Below are positions 30,859 through 43,252 of a stretch of 64,000 bases of DNA, piece after piece. Source of the DNA: Calditrichia bacterium (GTDB taxonomy: Bacteria > Calditrichota > Calditrichia > JAJRVZ01); assembly GCA_963796965.1 (NCBI GenBank), contig CAWCNS010000005.1:512001-576000 (forward strand). Direction: 5' to 3'. The notes under the pieces were generated by a model that worked only from the letters and a program-made list of their open reading frames with translations, had not been told where the DNA came from and made no database searches. A program made the translations under genes and the position numbers. Position 1 is the stretch's first letter; every line of letters begins with the position of its first letter.

Positions 30859-33047
30859 TTATACTTGTTCAGAAGCATTGTCAATACGATCTACAGAAAT
30901 AACACCTTTTATTTTCTGTACACCATGAATTATTTTAGTCAGGTGGTTAAGATTATTCACTTCAATAATGACATTTCCCTTCACCAACATATCATCCAAT
31001 TTGAATCCAACCATAACAATATTCGTATCATTGCGTGAGATTGCTTCAGATATATCACGCAATAAATCCCGCCGGTCTTCACTCAATATGGACAGATGAA
31101 CCTGATAAAAATGGTCTTTATCGACCTCCCAGGAAACTTCTATTTTTTTCTCATGATCATCCGGGAGATTGATCATATTATTACAGTCAATCCGATGGAC
31201 CGTAATACCCTTACCTGTAGTAATATAACCAATTATTTTATCCCCGGGGACGGGTTGACAACATTTACCAAAATTGATAAGCATATTATCTAATCCTTGG
31301 ACATCGATCCCGGTGCCAGTTCGAGCCCGTTTAATATACTTTTTGAAGAAGGATTCCTTTTGCTCTTCAGGTGCCTCCTGCGGAAACAGTCTTCTTTTTT
31401 AGTGCCTCAGTCGTCAGATCGCCCCGACCCAAATCGAGTAACAGACTCTCCTGATTTTGATAACCCAGTTTTGGTAACACTTCCTGGAATTCAGAAGATT
31501 CCACCGAAAAATTATATTTTTTTAAAAACTTTGATAATATTTCTTCTCCAAATTTGATTGTCTGACTTTGTTGAACTTCACGTAAGAATTTCCTGATTCG
31601 TTGATGTGCTTTCCCGGTTTTTACAAATCCAAGCCAATCCTGGTGTGGCTCCTGATTAGCTGAAGTTATGATTTCAACCTGATCACCACTTTTTAACTTG
31701 GTTTTTAGGGGCACGATACGACCATTTACTTTTGCCCCGATACAATGCATCCCTACCCATGTATGAACCTGGAATGCAAAGTCTATCGGGGTGGAATCCC
31801 TGGGCATTTTGTGAAGATCACCTTTTGGCGTAAAAACAAAAACCTCATCCTGAAAAAGGTCAATTTTCAGGTTATGCATAAAATCACTCGGATCTTCTTC
31901 CTGCATCTGTGAATCGACCAGACTTCTAATCCATCCCATATGCCGTTCGAACTCCTCATCTCCGCTGACCCCTTCTTTATAGCGCCAGTGAGCAGCGATA
32001 CCAATTTCAGCAGTACGATGCATCTCCCAGGTTCGGATCTGGATTTCCACCATTTTACCCAAGCGTTCCGACGACAGTCGTATGTAGCGATTGGTAACCA
32101 TTCAACTTGGGCATGGCAATATAGTCTTTAAAACGGTCATAGACAGGCATAAAAAGATTATGTACTAATTCCTAGTAGCATAATAACATTCTTCAATTTT
32201 ATTGACAATAATTCGGATGGCTAAAAGGTCATAGATTTCTTCAAAGGGCTTATGACGTCTTTTCATTTTGTCATAAATGCTAGAAAAAGTGTTTCGCTCT
32301 ACCCACAACCGAAGCCTTAATATTTGCTTTTTCTAATTCTTCCATAATCGGAGATGTAATTTCTGTCAGAAAGGCTTCCCTCTCCTCCCGCCTTTGATTA
32401 ACCTTTCTGTTGATGTCTTCGTACGCATCCTCATCAATATGTTTAAGAGTGAGATCTTCCAACTCCCATTTAATGGTAGCAATACCAAACCTGTGGGCGA
32501 GAGGTACGTAAACATCTCTCGTCTCGATTGCAATTCGCTCCCGCTTTTTTATGGGGACATGTTCGAGAGTGCGCATATTATGCAGCCGATCAGCAAACTT
32601 AATAATGATAACCCTGACATCCCGGGCCATCGAAAGGAGCATTTTCCTAAAAGTTTCGGCCTGACGTTTCTCTCTGCTTTCAAATTTTAGTTCACCAATT
32701 TTGGTGACACCATCGACCAATGCGGCAATTTCGGTACCAAATTGTTCTTCCAGTTCCTCCAATGGTATCCCGGTATCTTCAACAGAATCATGGAGAAATC
32801 CGGCTGAAATGGTCGTGCTATCCATTTTCAGATCAGCGAGGATATTCGCAACTTCAAACAAGTGGTCAAAATATGGCCGTCCGGAGTATCGTTGCTGGGT
32901 CTGATGTGCTCTGATGCTAAAATTATAGGCATCCCTTAAAGTTTCAATATCCGAATCAATACTATATTCAGAGACTGAAGCAATAATAGCTTCAAAACGC
33001 CCATCATATTCTTCATGTAGTTTTTTTATTAGTTTTTCAGCCGGCAT
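30859..33047 (-). CDS. spoT: Bifunctional (p)ppGpp synthetase/hydrolase RelA/SpoT, interrupted by at least five single-base indels
   Basis: HD domain ([18 protein letters not shown]), synthetase ([29 protein letters not shown]), TGS (TPIDFAF), ZFD (KCCQPVPGD) and ACT domains spread over frames. Confidence 0.9.
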
Positions 33048-33199
33048 AATACTTCGTAATCTTAAATTCCAATACTTATTTTAAACACAAAGGACACCAA
33101 GGATGCACAAAGTTCACAAAGGAAAAACATTATTTTAATATACTCTTTATGGCCTTTGTGCCTTCTCTGAGAACTTTGTGTTTGTCTTATTTTTAAAAT

Positions 33200-34591
33200 T
33201 CATCGGGAAAATATACACCCTTCTTCTGTAAAGGGTGCGGGATCTGAAAATTTCCCAAATTCTTTCAAGAAATTTAATTTAACACTTCCAACCGGTCCGT
33301 TTCGTTGTTTACCAATGATAATTTCACACTTATTATAAGTGCTCTCCTTTGTATCTTCAAATTCTTTAATATCATAATATTCAGGACGGTAGACAAAACA
33401 TACAACATCGGCATCCTGTTCAATAGCCCCTGACTCACGCAAATCTGACAATTGTGGTTTTCTTGATTTATCGCGGGTTTCCACTGCCCGCGATAACTGG
33501 GAGAGGGCTATAACAGGAACATTTAGTTCCTTAGCAAGATTTTTTAATGAACGGCTAATTTTTGAAATTTCCTGCTGGCGGCTTTCTTCCCGGGGCGATT
33601 CCATCAATTGCAAATAATCCACAATAAACATCTGAACATTTTTTTCTGCTACAAGCCGTCTTGCCTTGGAACGTAGTTGGAGTATTGTTAATCCAGGCGT
33701 GTCATCAATATATACAGGCGCTGCATCTAATATCCCCACATATTGTGACAACCGCTTAAGTTCCTCGCTGCTTAATCTCCCTGTTCTTACATTACTTTGG
33801 TTTACCATCGATTCCATACATAATAATCTAAGAACAAGAGCTTCCGCGGACATTTCGAGACTAAAGAAACCAACCGGAACCTTCATTTCCACTGCCGCAT
33901 TTCTTGCCAGATTTAATGCCCAGGCGGTTTTTCCCATTGACGGTCTTCCGGCAATGACGATAAAATCTGCTTTTTGAAATCCGGCAGTAAATTCATCCAT
34001 CTTCTTATATCCGGTAGATATTCCGGTTACACCGGTTTTTGATGTATGATAGAGTTCTTCTATCCGTTCAAATGTCGTATGAAGCAAGGGATTTATGGAT
34101 TCAAAACCCTTTTTTAATCTTTGCTCTGAAATCTCAAAGATCGCTTTTTCAGCACCATCCAAAAGTAAATCAGCATCATTTTTCTGCTCATATGCTTCCG
34201 TAATAACATTGTTACACACATTTATCAATTTACGGGCAATAGCCTTTTCTTTTACAATATTCAGATGATAGAGGATATTGGCAGATGAAGGTACAATATT
34301 GGCAATTTCTGCCAAATAATAAGAACCCCCCGTTTCTTCCATCTGCCCTTTTTTCTTTAACAGTTCAGTAATCGTGTATAAATCCGCAGATTCGTGCTTA
34401 TCAAACAACTCAACAATTACCTGGTATATTTTTCTGTGTGTATCTTTATAAAAATATGTTTCATCAATAGTTTCAATTGCATTGGCCACTGCTTCCTTAT
34501 CAAGCATCATTGCACAAAGAACCGCCTGTTCTACATCGACGGCTTGAGGAGGTGCTTTAAGATGACCAGATTCTGTTGATGTTGCTGCCAT
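33200..34591 (-). CDS. dnaB: Replicative DNA helicase
   Basis: AGRPSMGKT, FSLEMS, IVDYLQL, ALSQLSR, SDLRESGAIEQDAD, KQRNGP. Confidence 0.98.
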   Translation of the reverse strand: MAATSTESGHLKAPPQAVDVEQAVLCAMMLDKEAVANAIETIDETYFYKDTHRKIYQVIVELFDKHESADLYTITELLKKKGQMEETGGSYYLAEIANIVPSSANILYHLNIVKEKAIARKLINVCNNVITEAYEQKNDADLLLDGAEKAIFEISEQRLKKGFESINPLLHTTFERIEELYHTSKTGVTGISTGYKKMDEFTAGFQKADFIVIAGRPSMGKTAWALNLARNAAVEMKVPVGFFSLEMSAEALVLRLLCMESMVNQSNVRTGRLSSEELKRLSQYVGILDAAPVYIDDTPGLTILQLRSKARRLVAEKNVQMFIVDYLQLMESPREESRQQEISKISRSLKNLAKELNVPVIALSQLSRAVETRDKSRKPQLSDLRESGAIEQDADVVCFVYRPEYYDIKEFEDTKESTYNKCEIIIGKQRNGPVGSVKLNFLKEFGKFSDPAPFTEEGCIFSR

Positions 34592-34814
34592 GCCTTTACC
34601 TTATTCTCTCTTTTAAACTAGTTATATGGGTTTATCTATATTCAATAAGAAACTCTGAAGTTACCAGTAATTCTGGACTTTTCGCCGGGCCGACGTCGTT
34701 CAGGACCAGGTGATCGGCTTTTTTCGCGAAACTCACTTGGTCTCTATTAAAATTATTTATTTAGATAGGATAAAAAAAATTGCACCTACAGGCAAATAAT
34801 TTTAATGATTTAGG

Positions 34815-35531
34815 TCAACTTTTTTTAATATAGGATTGTATTGTTTTCAAATCTTCCCAGGCCTGCCTTTTCAAAGTTGGATTGCGCAATAGGGCTGCCG
34901 GATGATAGGTAACAATCAAAGGAAGATTATTATAGGAATGTATTTCACCCCTGAGGTTTCCTAAGGCAGATTTTGTCTTTAAAAGTGATGCAGATGCGAA
35001 CCTTCCCAGAGCAACAATAATTTTGGGAGAAATTAAATCAATTTGCTTTAACAGATAGGGTTCACATTGTTCGATTTCTTCAGGTTGTGGATCACGATTG
35101 TTGGGTGGTCGACACTTTAACACATTGGCAATAAACACTTCTTCCCTTTTTAACCCTATAGCGTTAAGCATAAGGGTTAATAATTGTCCCGCCCTGCCGA
35201 CAAAGGGTATCCCCTTTAAATCCTCATCTCTGCCAGGCGCCTCCCCGATTAACATCAAATCAGCATTATCATTACCCTCACCAAAAACAAAATTAGTTCT
35301 CGTAGTTCCCAAAGCACATTTGGTGCAATCCTTTATCTCGTAATAGAATTCATGTAAGGGTGTTTTAGGTTTTTTGTTCTTTTTCTTTTTTACCAGGGGT
35401 TGGGAAATTGGCGGGGCATTTAATGTTTGTGGTTTGTGGTCGCCAGTTTCCCTATCTAAAATCAGATCAGATCCATGCAAATCCTTCTGGGCTTTAAAAA
35501 AATTTTCAATATCTTCTAAAAGATCACTCAT
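34815..35531 (-). CDS. Uracil-DNA glycosylase family 4 (Fe-S)
   Basis: CTKCAL, IGEAPG, PFVGRAG, NVLKCRPP, TYHPAALLR. Confidence 0.95.
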   Translation of the reverse strand: MSDLLEDIENFFKAQKDLHGSDLILDRETGDHKPQTLNAPPISQPLVKKKKNKKPKTPLHEFYYEIKDCTKCALGTTRTNFVFGEGNDNADLMLIGEAPGRDEDLKGIPFVGRAGQLLTLMLNAIGLKREEVFIANVLKCRPPNNRDPQPEEIEQCEPYLLKQIDLISPKIIVALGRFASASLLKTKSALGNLRGEIHSYNNLPLIVTYHPAALLRNPTLKRQAWEDLKTIQSYIKKS

Positions 35532-35660
35532 AAATAATCCAATATATATTTGTAATTGGGAATTAGTATTTCGTAATTAGTAATTTGGAATTGTGTCTAA
35601 TCAAATTACTAATTATGAGTTACAAATCACATGTTATAGATCCAATTGCCGATATCTATT

Positions 35661-37511
35661 CTATTTCTGTTTAAGCCAAATAATCTCATAGGGATCTAAT
35701 GCGACATCCAGTTTATCGTTAACGGCAGTAAAATTTCTTTTGCTTAAAATATCAAACCACTCGTTGCCATTCGTACCCAAATTCTCCAGATCTATTTGTA
35801 GGTTGACCATCATATCTGAAATGTTGGTCAAGGCCAGAATTCTTTCTTTTTGATCAATGGAAGTGCGAAGAACAGAGAAAACTTTGTTTGACAAATTAAG
35901 AATTTTCTGTCCGGCATTTGGATGAAACGCTTTTTGCCTGATCCTGTAATAAATTAATCTCACCAAACGAGAAGATATTTGATATATTTTAGTGCTTTCA
36001 TCCTCCAAAGCAGAAAGCAGTTCACGTTTCTTTATGGTCTTTCGGTTGATTCTCCGACGATCTGCCTCTTCTAATACGGCATCTGCATCATTTTTTGACC
36101 CTAAAAGACCATGTAAGTAGATTCCCGGAACCCCCATGATGACCAATGCAATCGCACGCGAAGCCAGATAGCGCTGAATTTGAATATCATCCGTCTCTTT
36201 TTTATTTTCGTCATTAATCGCACTATACCAGGTGATATTCATTTCATAGGGCGATTCGCTTCCATCTCCCTCGGCTTTGTATGAGATAAATCCACCATGC
36301 TCTAAAACGCGAAGCGTCATCATTTCGATCTCTTCGGGTGAAAGGATTCCCTTTACAGCCATAACACCAATACCATCATGGGAATCAAGAAAATTGAAAT
36401 AGGTGGCTGTATCGGATACTTTAGCCAGACCAGCGGCCCATTCGGTCAGTTTGGTTGAGTTTTGGTTTTGAAAAGTATGCAGAACCAGAGGAGGTAACGC
36501 AAAATTGTAAACCATTTGTGCTTCATCTTCTCCATTACCAAAATATCGTATATTGTCAGCATGTTGGACATTCGTTTCTGTAATCAATGCAACATGGGGT
36601 GCCACAGCATCAAGGACATCTCTGAACAACTTAATTGATACATGACTTTGATCCAAATGCACACAGGTGGTTCCCAATTCCTCCCATAAATATGTTACCG
36701 CATCCAAACGAACAATATCGGCCCCTCTTCTTACATAAGTAAGAAGAATATCTATCATCTTTAATAAAACCTGCGGATTAGTGAAATTCAGATCAATTTG
36801 ATCAGGACTAAATGTGGTCCAGACCATCCGGGAACCGTTCAAAGTTTTGAATTCAGTTAAGATATCCGAAGTTCTGGGGCGAACAATCAATTTAAGATGA
36901 TCATCGGATAGTTCTTCGCTGGTGGAAAATACGGTAAAAAACTTGCTGAAGTATTTATTTTGATTAAGAAATTCCTGAAACCATCTGCTCTTTGAAGATA
37001 CATGGTTGAACACGCCGTCAAACATAAGTTTAAACTCAGATCTCAGACTAAGGATATCATCCCATGTCCCAAGATGAGGATCAACTTCTTCAAAATCCAT
37101 GACGGAGAATCCCCGGTCGGAGGAATAAGGAAAAAATGGTAATAAGTGAAGTGTATTAAATACACCCCGCAAATATTCATTACACAATCTGGATAAAGTT
37201 ATAAGAGGTTTTTGATTTTTACCGGAGATGAGATCGCCATAAGTAATGAGAATGACGTCTTCTTCAGTAAACCTGTTGGCATCATCAAGATTGCGATCCC
37301 ATTCAACCATATCCGGGGTTTTATGGGCGTAATATACCTGCATGATGCGTAAAAGTTCTTCATAAACTTCATCCGCGGACTCTTTTCCATATAGAAATTC
37401 TAATTTCTCTTTTATCCTCTTACCAAGATCAGGATCAGGCTCAAAAACAGGGCGAGAATAGTCAGGTTCGAGATAGTGAAGATTTTTAGGAGAAGATGCG
37501 ATAGTGCTCAT
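35661..37511 (-). CDS. GH13_18 sugar phosphorylase, probably glucosylglycerate phosphorylase
   Basis: LITYGD, HLLPFFPYSSDRGF, NHVSS, WTTFSPDQIDLN, RLDAV, ITETN, FLDSHDGIG, PYEMN. Confidence 0.9.
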   Translation of the reverse strand: MSTIASSPKNLHYLEPDYSRPVFEPDPDLGKRIKEKLEFLYGKESADEVYEELLRIMQVYYAHKTPDMVEWDRNLDDANRFTEEDVILITYGDLISGKNQKPLITLSRLCNEYLRGVFNTLHLLPFFPYSSDRGFSVMDFEEVDPHLGTWDDILSLRSEFKLMFDGVFNHVSSKSRWFQEFLNQNKYFSKFFTVFSTSEELSDDHLKLIVRPRTSDILTEFKTLNGSRMVWTTFSPDQIDLNFTNPQVLLKMIDILLTYVRRGADIVRLDAVTYLWEELGTTCVHLDQSHVSIKLFRDVLDAVAPHVALITETNVQHADNIRYFGNGEDEAQMVYNFALPPLVLHTFQNQNSTKLTEWAAGLAKVSDTATYFNFLDSHDGIGVMAVKGILSPEEIEMMTLRVLEHGGFISYKAEGDGSESPYEMNITWYSAINDENKKETDDIQIQRYLASRAIALVIMGVPGIYLHGLLGSKNDADAVLEEADRRRINRKTIKKRELLSALEDESTKIYQISSRLVRLIYYRIRQKAFHPNAGQKILNLSNKVFSVLRTSIDQKERILALTNISDMMVNLQIDLENLGTNGNEWFDILSKRNFTAVNDKLDVALDPYEIIWLKQK

Positions 37512-37551
37512 AGATTATGTATATATTTTCTTACAATGGTTGATAAGCAAT

Positions 37552-37887
37552 TCAGAATCCTAAAGTTGCATTATGTACATCATCAAAACATTTCAGTATT
37601 TTATTTAGATTTGTTACATCTAAAAGGTGTTTAACCAGGGGTACTGCGGTTGCAATCCTTACATCTCCATCATTGGATCGTGCAATTGATATCCGTGATA
37701 CAATAGCGCCAAGACCACTGGAATCCACATATCTTGTCTTACTCAGATCTATGATAAATTTATATTTTCCAGCTGCGACAGCTTCTTCAAATATCTTTTT
37801 TAACTCAACAGAATTCTTAATCGTCAATTGATTTGGACAAGATACAATCAGGATTCCATTTGGCATTTCTTTTGTTACAAAAGACAT
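37552..37887 (-). CDS. STAS-domain anti-sigma factor antagonist
   Basis: IDLSKTRYVDSSGLGAIV motif. Confidence 0.9.
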   Translation of the reverse strand: MSFVTKEMPNGILIVSCPNQLTIKNSVELKKIFEEAVAAGKYKFIIDLSKTRYVDSSGLGAIVSRISIARSNDGDVRIATAVPLVKHLLDVTNLNKILKCFDDVHNATLGF

Positions 37888-38267
37888 TTGACCCTCATAG
37901 ATAATACGATTTTGAATCTTTTACCTGATCTATTCATACCACCCCGTTATACGTGTCCTTTGACCCCGTAATACGGGGGGCAAACAAAAGACATAATTAA
38001 CCACCGAGTCCACCGCGTTTTACGCGGTGTGTTTCGGTGCTTTCGGTGGTTAAAAATCTCTCGCAGAGCAGGTCCCAAAGGGATGCCTTTGGCAAAAGGC
38101 ACACAGAAAAAATATTTTAAAATTTTAAAAAAAGAGATTTAATTTTACACCAAATTATTAAACACTAACATAAATTATTTTAATAATAAACCTTTGGTCT
38201 CCCCGTCTTTGCGAGATAACTATATTCTCAGGTTGTGAGAACTTTGCTAAAATTACAAAGTTTTTGA

Positions 38268-40966
38268 CTATACTAGCAATGGATCTACCTTCTGGGGGTC
38301 AACCCCGAGATCCTGAATAGCCTTTTTAACACTTGCCATCGTTTTCTTTTTCTTTTTGGCCAGTTGATACAGAGTGGCTATTGTAATCGTTTCAGCATCG
38401 ATCTCAAAAAAGCGCCGTGTCGCCTCACGTGTATCACTGCGTCCAAAACCATCGGTTCCCAGAGAGAACAATCCCCGGGACCCAACGGGCAACTTGATCC
38501 GGCACGAGTTTCATATTATCTGAAGACGCAACAAAAACACCCTCTTCTTTTTCGAGGAGTGTTTCTAAATAGTTCTTCCGAACTTCTTTTCCCGGATTAA
38601 ACATATTCCAACGTTCCGTGGCCAAAGCGTCTCGTCTCAATTCTTTATAACTTGTTGCACTCCAGACATCGGTACTGACTTTATACTTTTTCTCAAGAAT
38701 ATCCCGTGCTCTCAATGCTTCCTTGAGGATCGAGCCACTTCCAAATAAATGGGCACGTGGCGCGTCCTTTGCTTTTAATGCGGATTGAGACATTTTGTAA
38801 AGACCTTTTAAGATGCCCTGTTTGCTGTTTTTGGGCATGGAGCCCTGAGGATAGTTCTCATTGCCAACGGTAATATAGTAAAAAATGTCTTCCCGTTCTT
38901 TATACATACGCCTCAATCCTTCCTGGATTATGACCGCAATCTCATATGCATAGGCAGGATCATAGGTAATCAGATTAGGTACTGTACTGGCAAGAACATG
39001 GCTATGGCCATCAGCATGTTGGAGCCCTTCACCCATAAGAGTTGTTCGTCCTGCTGTTGCACCAACTAAAAATCCTTTTCCCCGTAAATCACCAAACGCC
39101 CAGATTTGATCACCAACGCGTTGAAACCCGAACATAGAGTAGTAGACAAAAAATGGAATCATATCCATTCCATGACTGGCATAGGCCGTTCCGGCAGCCG
39201 TGAAGGAAGCCATTGATCCGGCTTCAGTAATTCCTTCTTCTAAAATCTGCCCATCCTTAGCTTCTCGGTAATATAAAAAATTGCTTGCATCAACAGGATC
39301 ATATAATTGTCCGACGCGTGAATAAATTCCAAATTGCCTGAATAAAGATTCCATACCAAAAGTACGTGCCTCATCCGGAATAATCGGAGTAATCCGTTTA
39401 CCAATGATTGGATCCTTCATTAGAATGGTCAACATTCGCACAAAAGCCTTGGGTTGTGGAAACATCGCGATCAGAGCCACTCATAAACTCGTTAAAAACA
39501 TGTGTACTGGGTATCGTAATCGGCACTGAAACAGTTTTTCGACTGGGCACAAAACCACCCAAATTTTTACGCATATCCAGTAGATATTGCATCTCTTCAC
39601 TCTTCTCATCCGGACGATAAAAAGGTGCTTTATCTAATTTGCTGTCAGGAATGGGTATATCAAAACGATCGCGAAAATCCTTCATCTCATCATCATTAAG
39701 TTTCTTAACCTGATGGGTAACATTTTTACCTTCACCTGCCTCACCAAGACCATATCCTTTTATAGTTCGGGCTAATATAACTGTGGGAGCAGACTTGCTT
39801 TCGGCAGCTGTTTTAAAAGCAGAAAACACCTTTTCCGGGTCGTGTCCACCCAGGCGAAGTTTCCAAACCTGCTCATCGGAAAGATGATCCACTAACTTTA
39901 ATAACTCTGGGTATTTCCCGAAAAAGGTTTTTCGTACATAATCACCGGATTCAACAATATACTTTTGGGATTCTCCGTCGAGATATTCATTCATTCGCTG
40001 AACCAGCAAACCGGTGTCGTCATTTGCAAGCAAAGTATCCCAATCTCCACCCCATAATACTTTTAGCACATTCCAGCCGGCCCCCCGAAACAGTCTTTCC
40101 AATTCCTGAACAATTTTACCATTACCCCGAACAGGACCATCCAATCTTTGCAAATTGCAATTGATAACAAAAACAAGATTATTTAATTGCTCACGTGCGG
40201 CCAGACTAATGGCACCTAATGCTTCCGGTTCATCTGTTTCACCATCGCCTAAAAATGCCCATACCCGTTGATTAGAAGTATCTTTGAGGCCACGATCCTG
40301 AAGATAGCGGTTAAATCTGGCTTGATATATGGCAGAGATCGGGCCTATCCCCATAGATACGGTAGGGAATTCCCAAAAATCGGGCATCAACCAGGGATGA
40401 GGATAAGACGAGAGTCCTTTCCCCTTGACAACTTCACGTCGAAAATGCTCTAACTGGCTGACCGAAAGACGACCTTCTAGAAAAGCACGTGAGTAAATAC
40501 CTGGTGAGGCATGACCCTGAAAATATATCTGATCACCGTCAAAACCATCTCCCTTTGCTCGGAAGAAATGATTAAACCCTACTTCATAAAGAGTAGCCGC
40601 TGATGCATAAGTCGAAATATGTCCACCTATACCTGAATAGTTTTTATTTGCCCTTACTACCATGGCCATCGCATTCCAACGAATCAGACTTTTAATACGA
40701 CGTTCAATTTTTCTATTTCCTGGATATACCGGTTGTCTCTCTACAGGAATCGTATTGATATAGGGTGTATTGGCTGTGAAAGGCAATCGTATACCATTTT
40801 GAAAACTCTTTTGAATCAAACGGTTCAGGATAAAGCGGGCCCGCTCCGGCCCTCGTGCTTTCAGAACACTTTCAAGAGCCTCTAACCATTCCTCTGTCTC
40901 CTCAACATCAAAATCCTTATTTACCTGGAACTCATGATCCATTGATTCAATATTAAAACCAGTCAT
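38268..40966 (-). CDS. aceE: Pyruvate dehydrogenase E1 (homodimeric type), two apparent frameshifts near 39447 and 38476
   Basis: [67 protein letters not shown]. Confidence 0.95.
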
Positions 40967-41226
40967 ATGCTTATAATCCTCCTAAAGTCAAAATCTTGCT
41001 CTATTCAAGATAATTCCCAAAATACAGAGAGCATATCTTAAATATATTTTTATCTGGAATCCCTTAATAAGACCAGTAACGCACCCTACCCGTTTGTAAT
41101 TGCATTTAAGCAAAGTAGATTAGCCTTTTGGTGAACAACAGATTATAGTAGAAGAAAAATCTATTAAATAAAATTCCTATAAATACCGGTAATTGCGGGA
41201 AATATTCAACAATTTATGTTATTATT

Positions 41227-41676
41227 TTATTCTTGGGCTATTTTCCGGATCAGCTCAACTAAACGGGTGACATTTTTATGTGAATCAGGCACGACAATAA
41301 TGGAGTCGTCCCCTGCAACCGTACCTATAATATGACTTTCTTTCATTCTATCCAGGTAGAGCGCTACTCCCTGGGCTCTTCCAGGCATTGTTCTTATTAT
41401 TACGGTAGATTCATTATTAAGAACATTAATAATTTCCATACCAATGAGTTGCTTTAGGGTATTTTCAGAATCATCAAGATGAAAGACATATCTAAATCCT
41501 GAATCTGTGGGGATTCGAACAATTCCTAATTCATGGAGATCTCGGGAGAGAGTAGCCTGTGTGGTTTCATATCCATTTTTCTCTAATAATTTACAAAGTT
41601 CTTCCTGGCTGGATACTTCAGTTGTAGAAATAATCTCTTTTATAACGGCCTGTCGCCCATGCTTGTTATGTGTCAT
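41227..41676 (-). CDS. argR: Arginine repressor
   Basis: SQEEL, TQATLSRDL, GTVAGDD. Confidence 0.95.
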   Translation of the reverse strand: MTHNKHGRQAVIKEIISTTEVSSQEELCKLLEKNGYETTQATLSRDLHELGIVRIPTDSGFRYVFHLDDSENTLKQLIGMEIINVLNNESTVIIRTMPGRAQGVALYLDRMKESHIIGTVAGDDSIIVVPDSHKNVTRLVELIRKIAQE

Positions 41677-41905
41677 TTTGGTCTATTTTCCAGATTTTTA
41701 GTTACTCAGATATTCAACATCAGGATTAACGAACGCATTGGTTTGCCATTGCATAGGATACTATAATAAAAATAAGTTTATTTGAAATTAAGAATTGGTC
41801 AGGGAATTCATTGACCCAATCATTAATACGTACCCATATATTGATAGCCCACGTCCATTTAGAAGATATTAGCGAATTTTTAAAACGATTTCAAATTTGA
41901 TTAAT

Positions 41906-41923
41906 CATGCATCGGGATGCATA
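41906..41923. promoter_or_regulatory. Candidate ARG box
   Basis: CATGCATCGGGATGCATA matches TGMAT-N4-ATKCA; lies between divergent argR and the DMT gene. Confidence 0.4.
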
Positions 41924-42141
41924 ATTACTCAAGGTAAAGAAGTAAATGAAAAATATTTTGATCATTTATATCTATTTTGTAAATAGACCGCGTCTCTATT
42001 TTACTATTTCTCTGAAATGATGCTCTGAAATAAAACCAGTTGAAATTCAGATGAAGACAGAAATAGTTAATTATAATCTCTATTCTATGAATAGCCCCAC
42101 TAAATTACCAGATTGAGGGTTGAAGGAATTTGGAGCAACCG

Positions 42142-43050
42142 ATGTTTAAGAAAAAACCTTCTCAAACTATGGCCGATCTCGGATTGGTAACGGTAACCTT
42201 GTTCTGGGGTTCGACCTTTATACTCTCTAAACTCGTTCTCGAACAAATTCCACTAGGCACTTACCTGGTTATTCGATTAAATTTTGCTGCCATTTTTATG
42301 TCAATTTTCGCTTTTCGATATTGGAAATCAATTACAAGACAAACCTTAATCCATGGTATAATTCTGGGTGTTTTCTTATTTTTCTCCTATTTTTTTCAGA
42401 TGTGGGGTATTCAATATACAAGCGCCTCAAATGCGGGATTTATTACTGGTTTAAATGTGGTACTTGTACCTGTTTTTTCGATGCTCTTTTATGGAGATCA
42501 TCCCAAAAAAGCTTCTTTATTCGGTGTAATGTTTGCTATCATTGGACTTTATTTTCTTTCCGGCGGGGACTTTGCATCTTTAACAAGGGGTGATTGGCTT
42601 GTATTTGTATGCGCCATTGTCGTCACCTTCCATGTCATTTACACTGGTAAATTTGCGCCGCATAACAATATCTATCTTTTAACTGCCATACAACTTATTA
42701 CCATCGGTGTTCTAAGTTTGATATTATTACCCTTTCAGGAAGACGCGCTACCTACTATTAGCACATCTGTGATATTAATCCTCGTTTATCTTGCACTTTT
42801 TGGCACCACATATACCTTTTTAATGCAAACCGCCATGCAAAGATTTACGACTGCTACACGGACGGCACTTGTCTTTTCCCTTGAGCCGGTTTTTGCCACT
42901 CTTTTCGCTTATATCATTGCTGAAGAATCGCTGACAGCTATCGGTTGGTTTGGTGGATTTCTTATACTTTGCGGCATGATTATCGCAGAAATAAGCTGGG
43001 AAAAAATTTTTCGAGGTAAATTTTTCGTAAATCAAAGCAAAAAAATATAA
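42142..43050 (+). CDS. DMT/EamA family transporter
   Basis: FWGSTF, GIQYTSASNAGFITG, SLEPVFA; about 10 TM helices. Confidence 0.92.
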   Translation: MFKKKPSQTMADLGLVTVTLFWGSTFILSKLVLEQIPLGTYLVIRLNFAAIFMSIFAFRYWKSITRQTLIHGIILGVFLFFSYFFQMWGIQYTSASNAGFITGLNVVLVPVFSMLFYGDHPKKASLFGVMFAIIGLYFLSGGDFASLTRGDWLVFVCAIVVTFHVIYTGKFAPHNNIYLLTAIQLITIGVLSLILLPFQEDALPTISTSVILILVYLALFGTTYTFLMQTAMQRFTTATRTALVFSLEPVFATLFAYIIAEESLTAIGWFGGFLILCGMIIAEISWEKIFRGKFFVNQSKKI

Positions 43051-43252
43051 CCCCAATTCAAACTGTTTCAAAAGAAACTATTTGTTTCAAATATTAATAT
43101 TGATTCAACTCCTTAATATTATGACACTTACGGCGTATTTCGTTCAAGATTGAAACAGACTGTTCACATAGGCACAACTCAGGACCTATTGTTTTTATTG
43201 AAGTTACGAGTTGGCAAAGAATATGTATGGTATTCTCTGTGAAGAGGTATAC

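Noticed and set aside
30859..40966. Programmed frameshifting or true pseudogenes in spoT and aceE
   Set aside because: Multiple scattered indels without consistent slippery motifs, with the same error pattern as in unrelated genes
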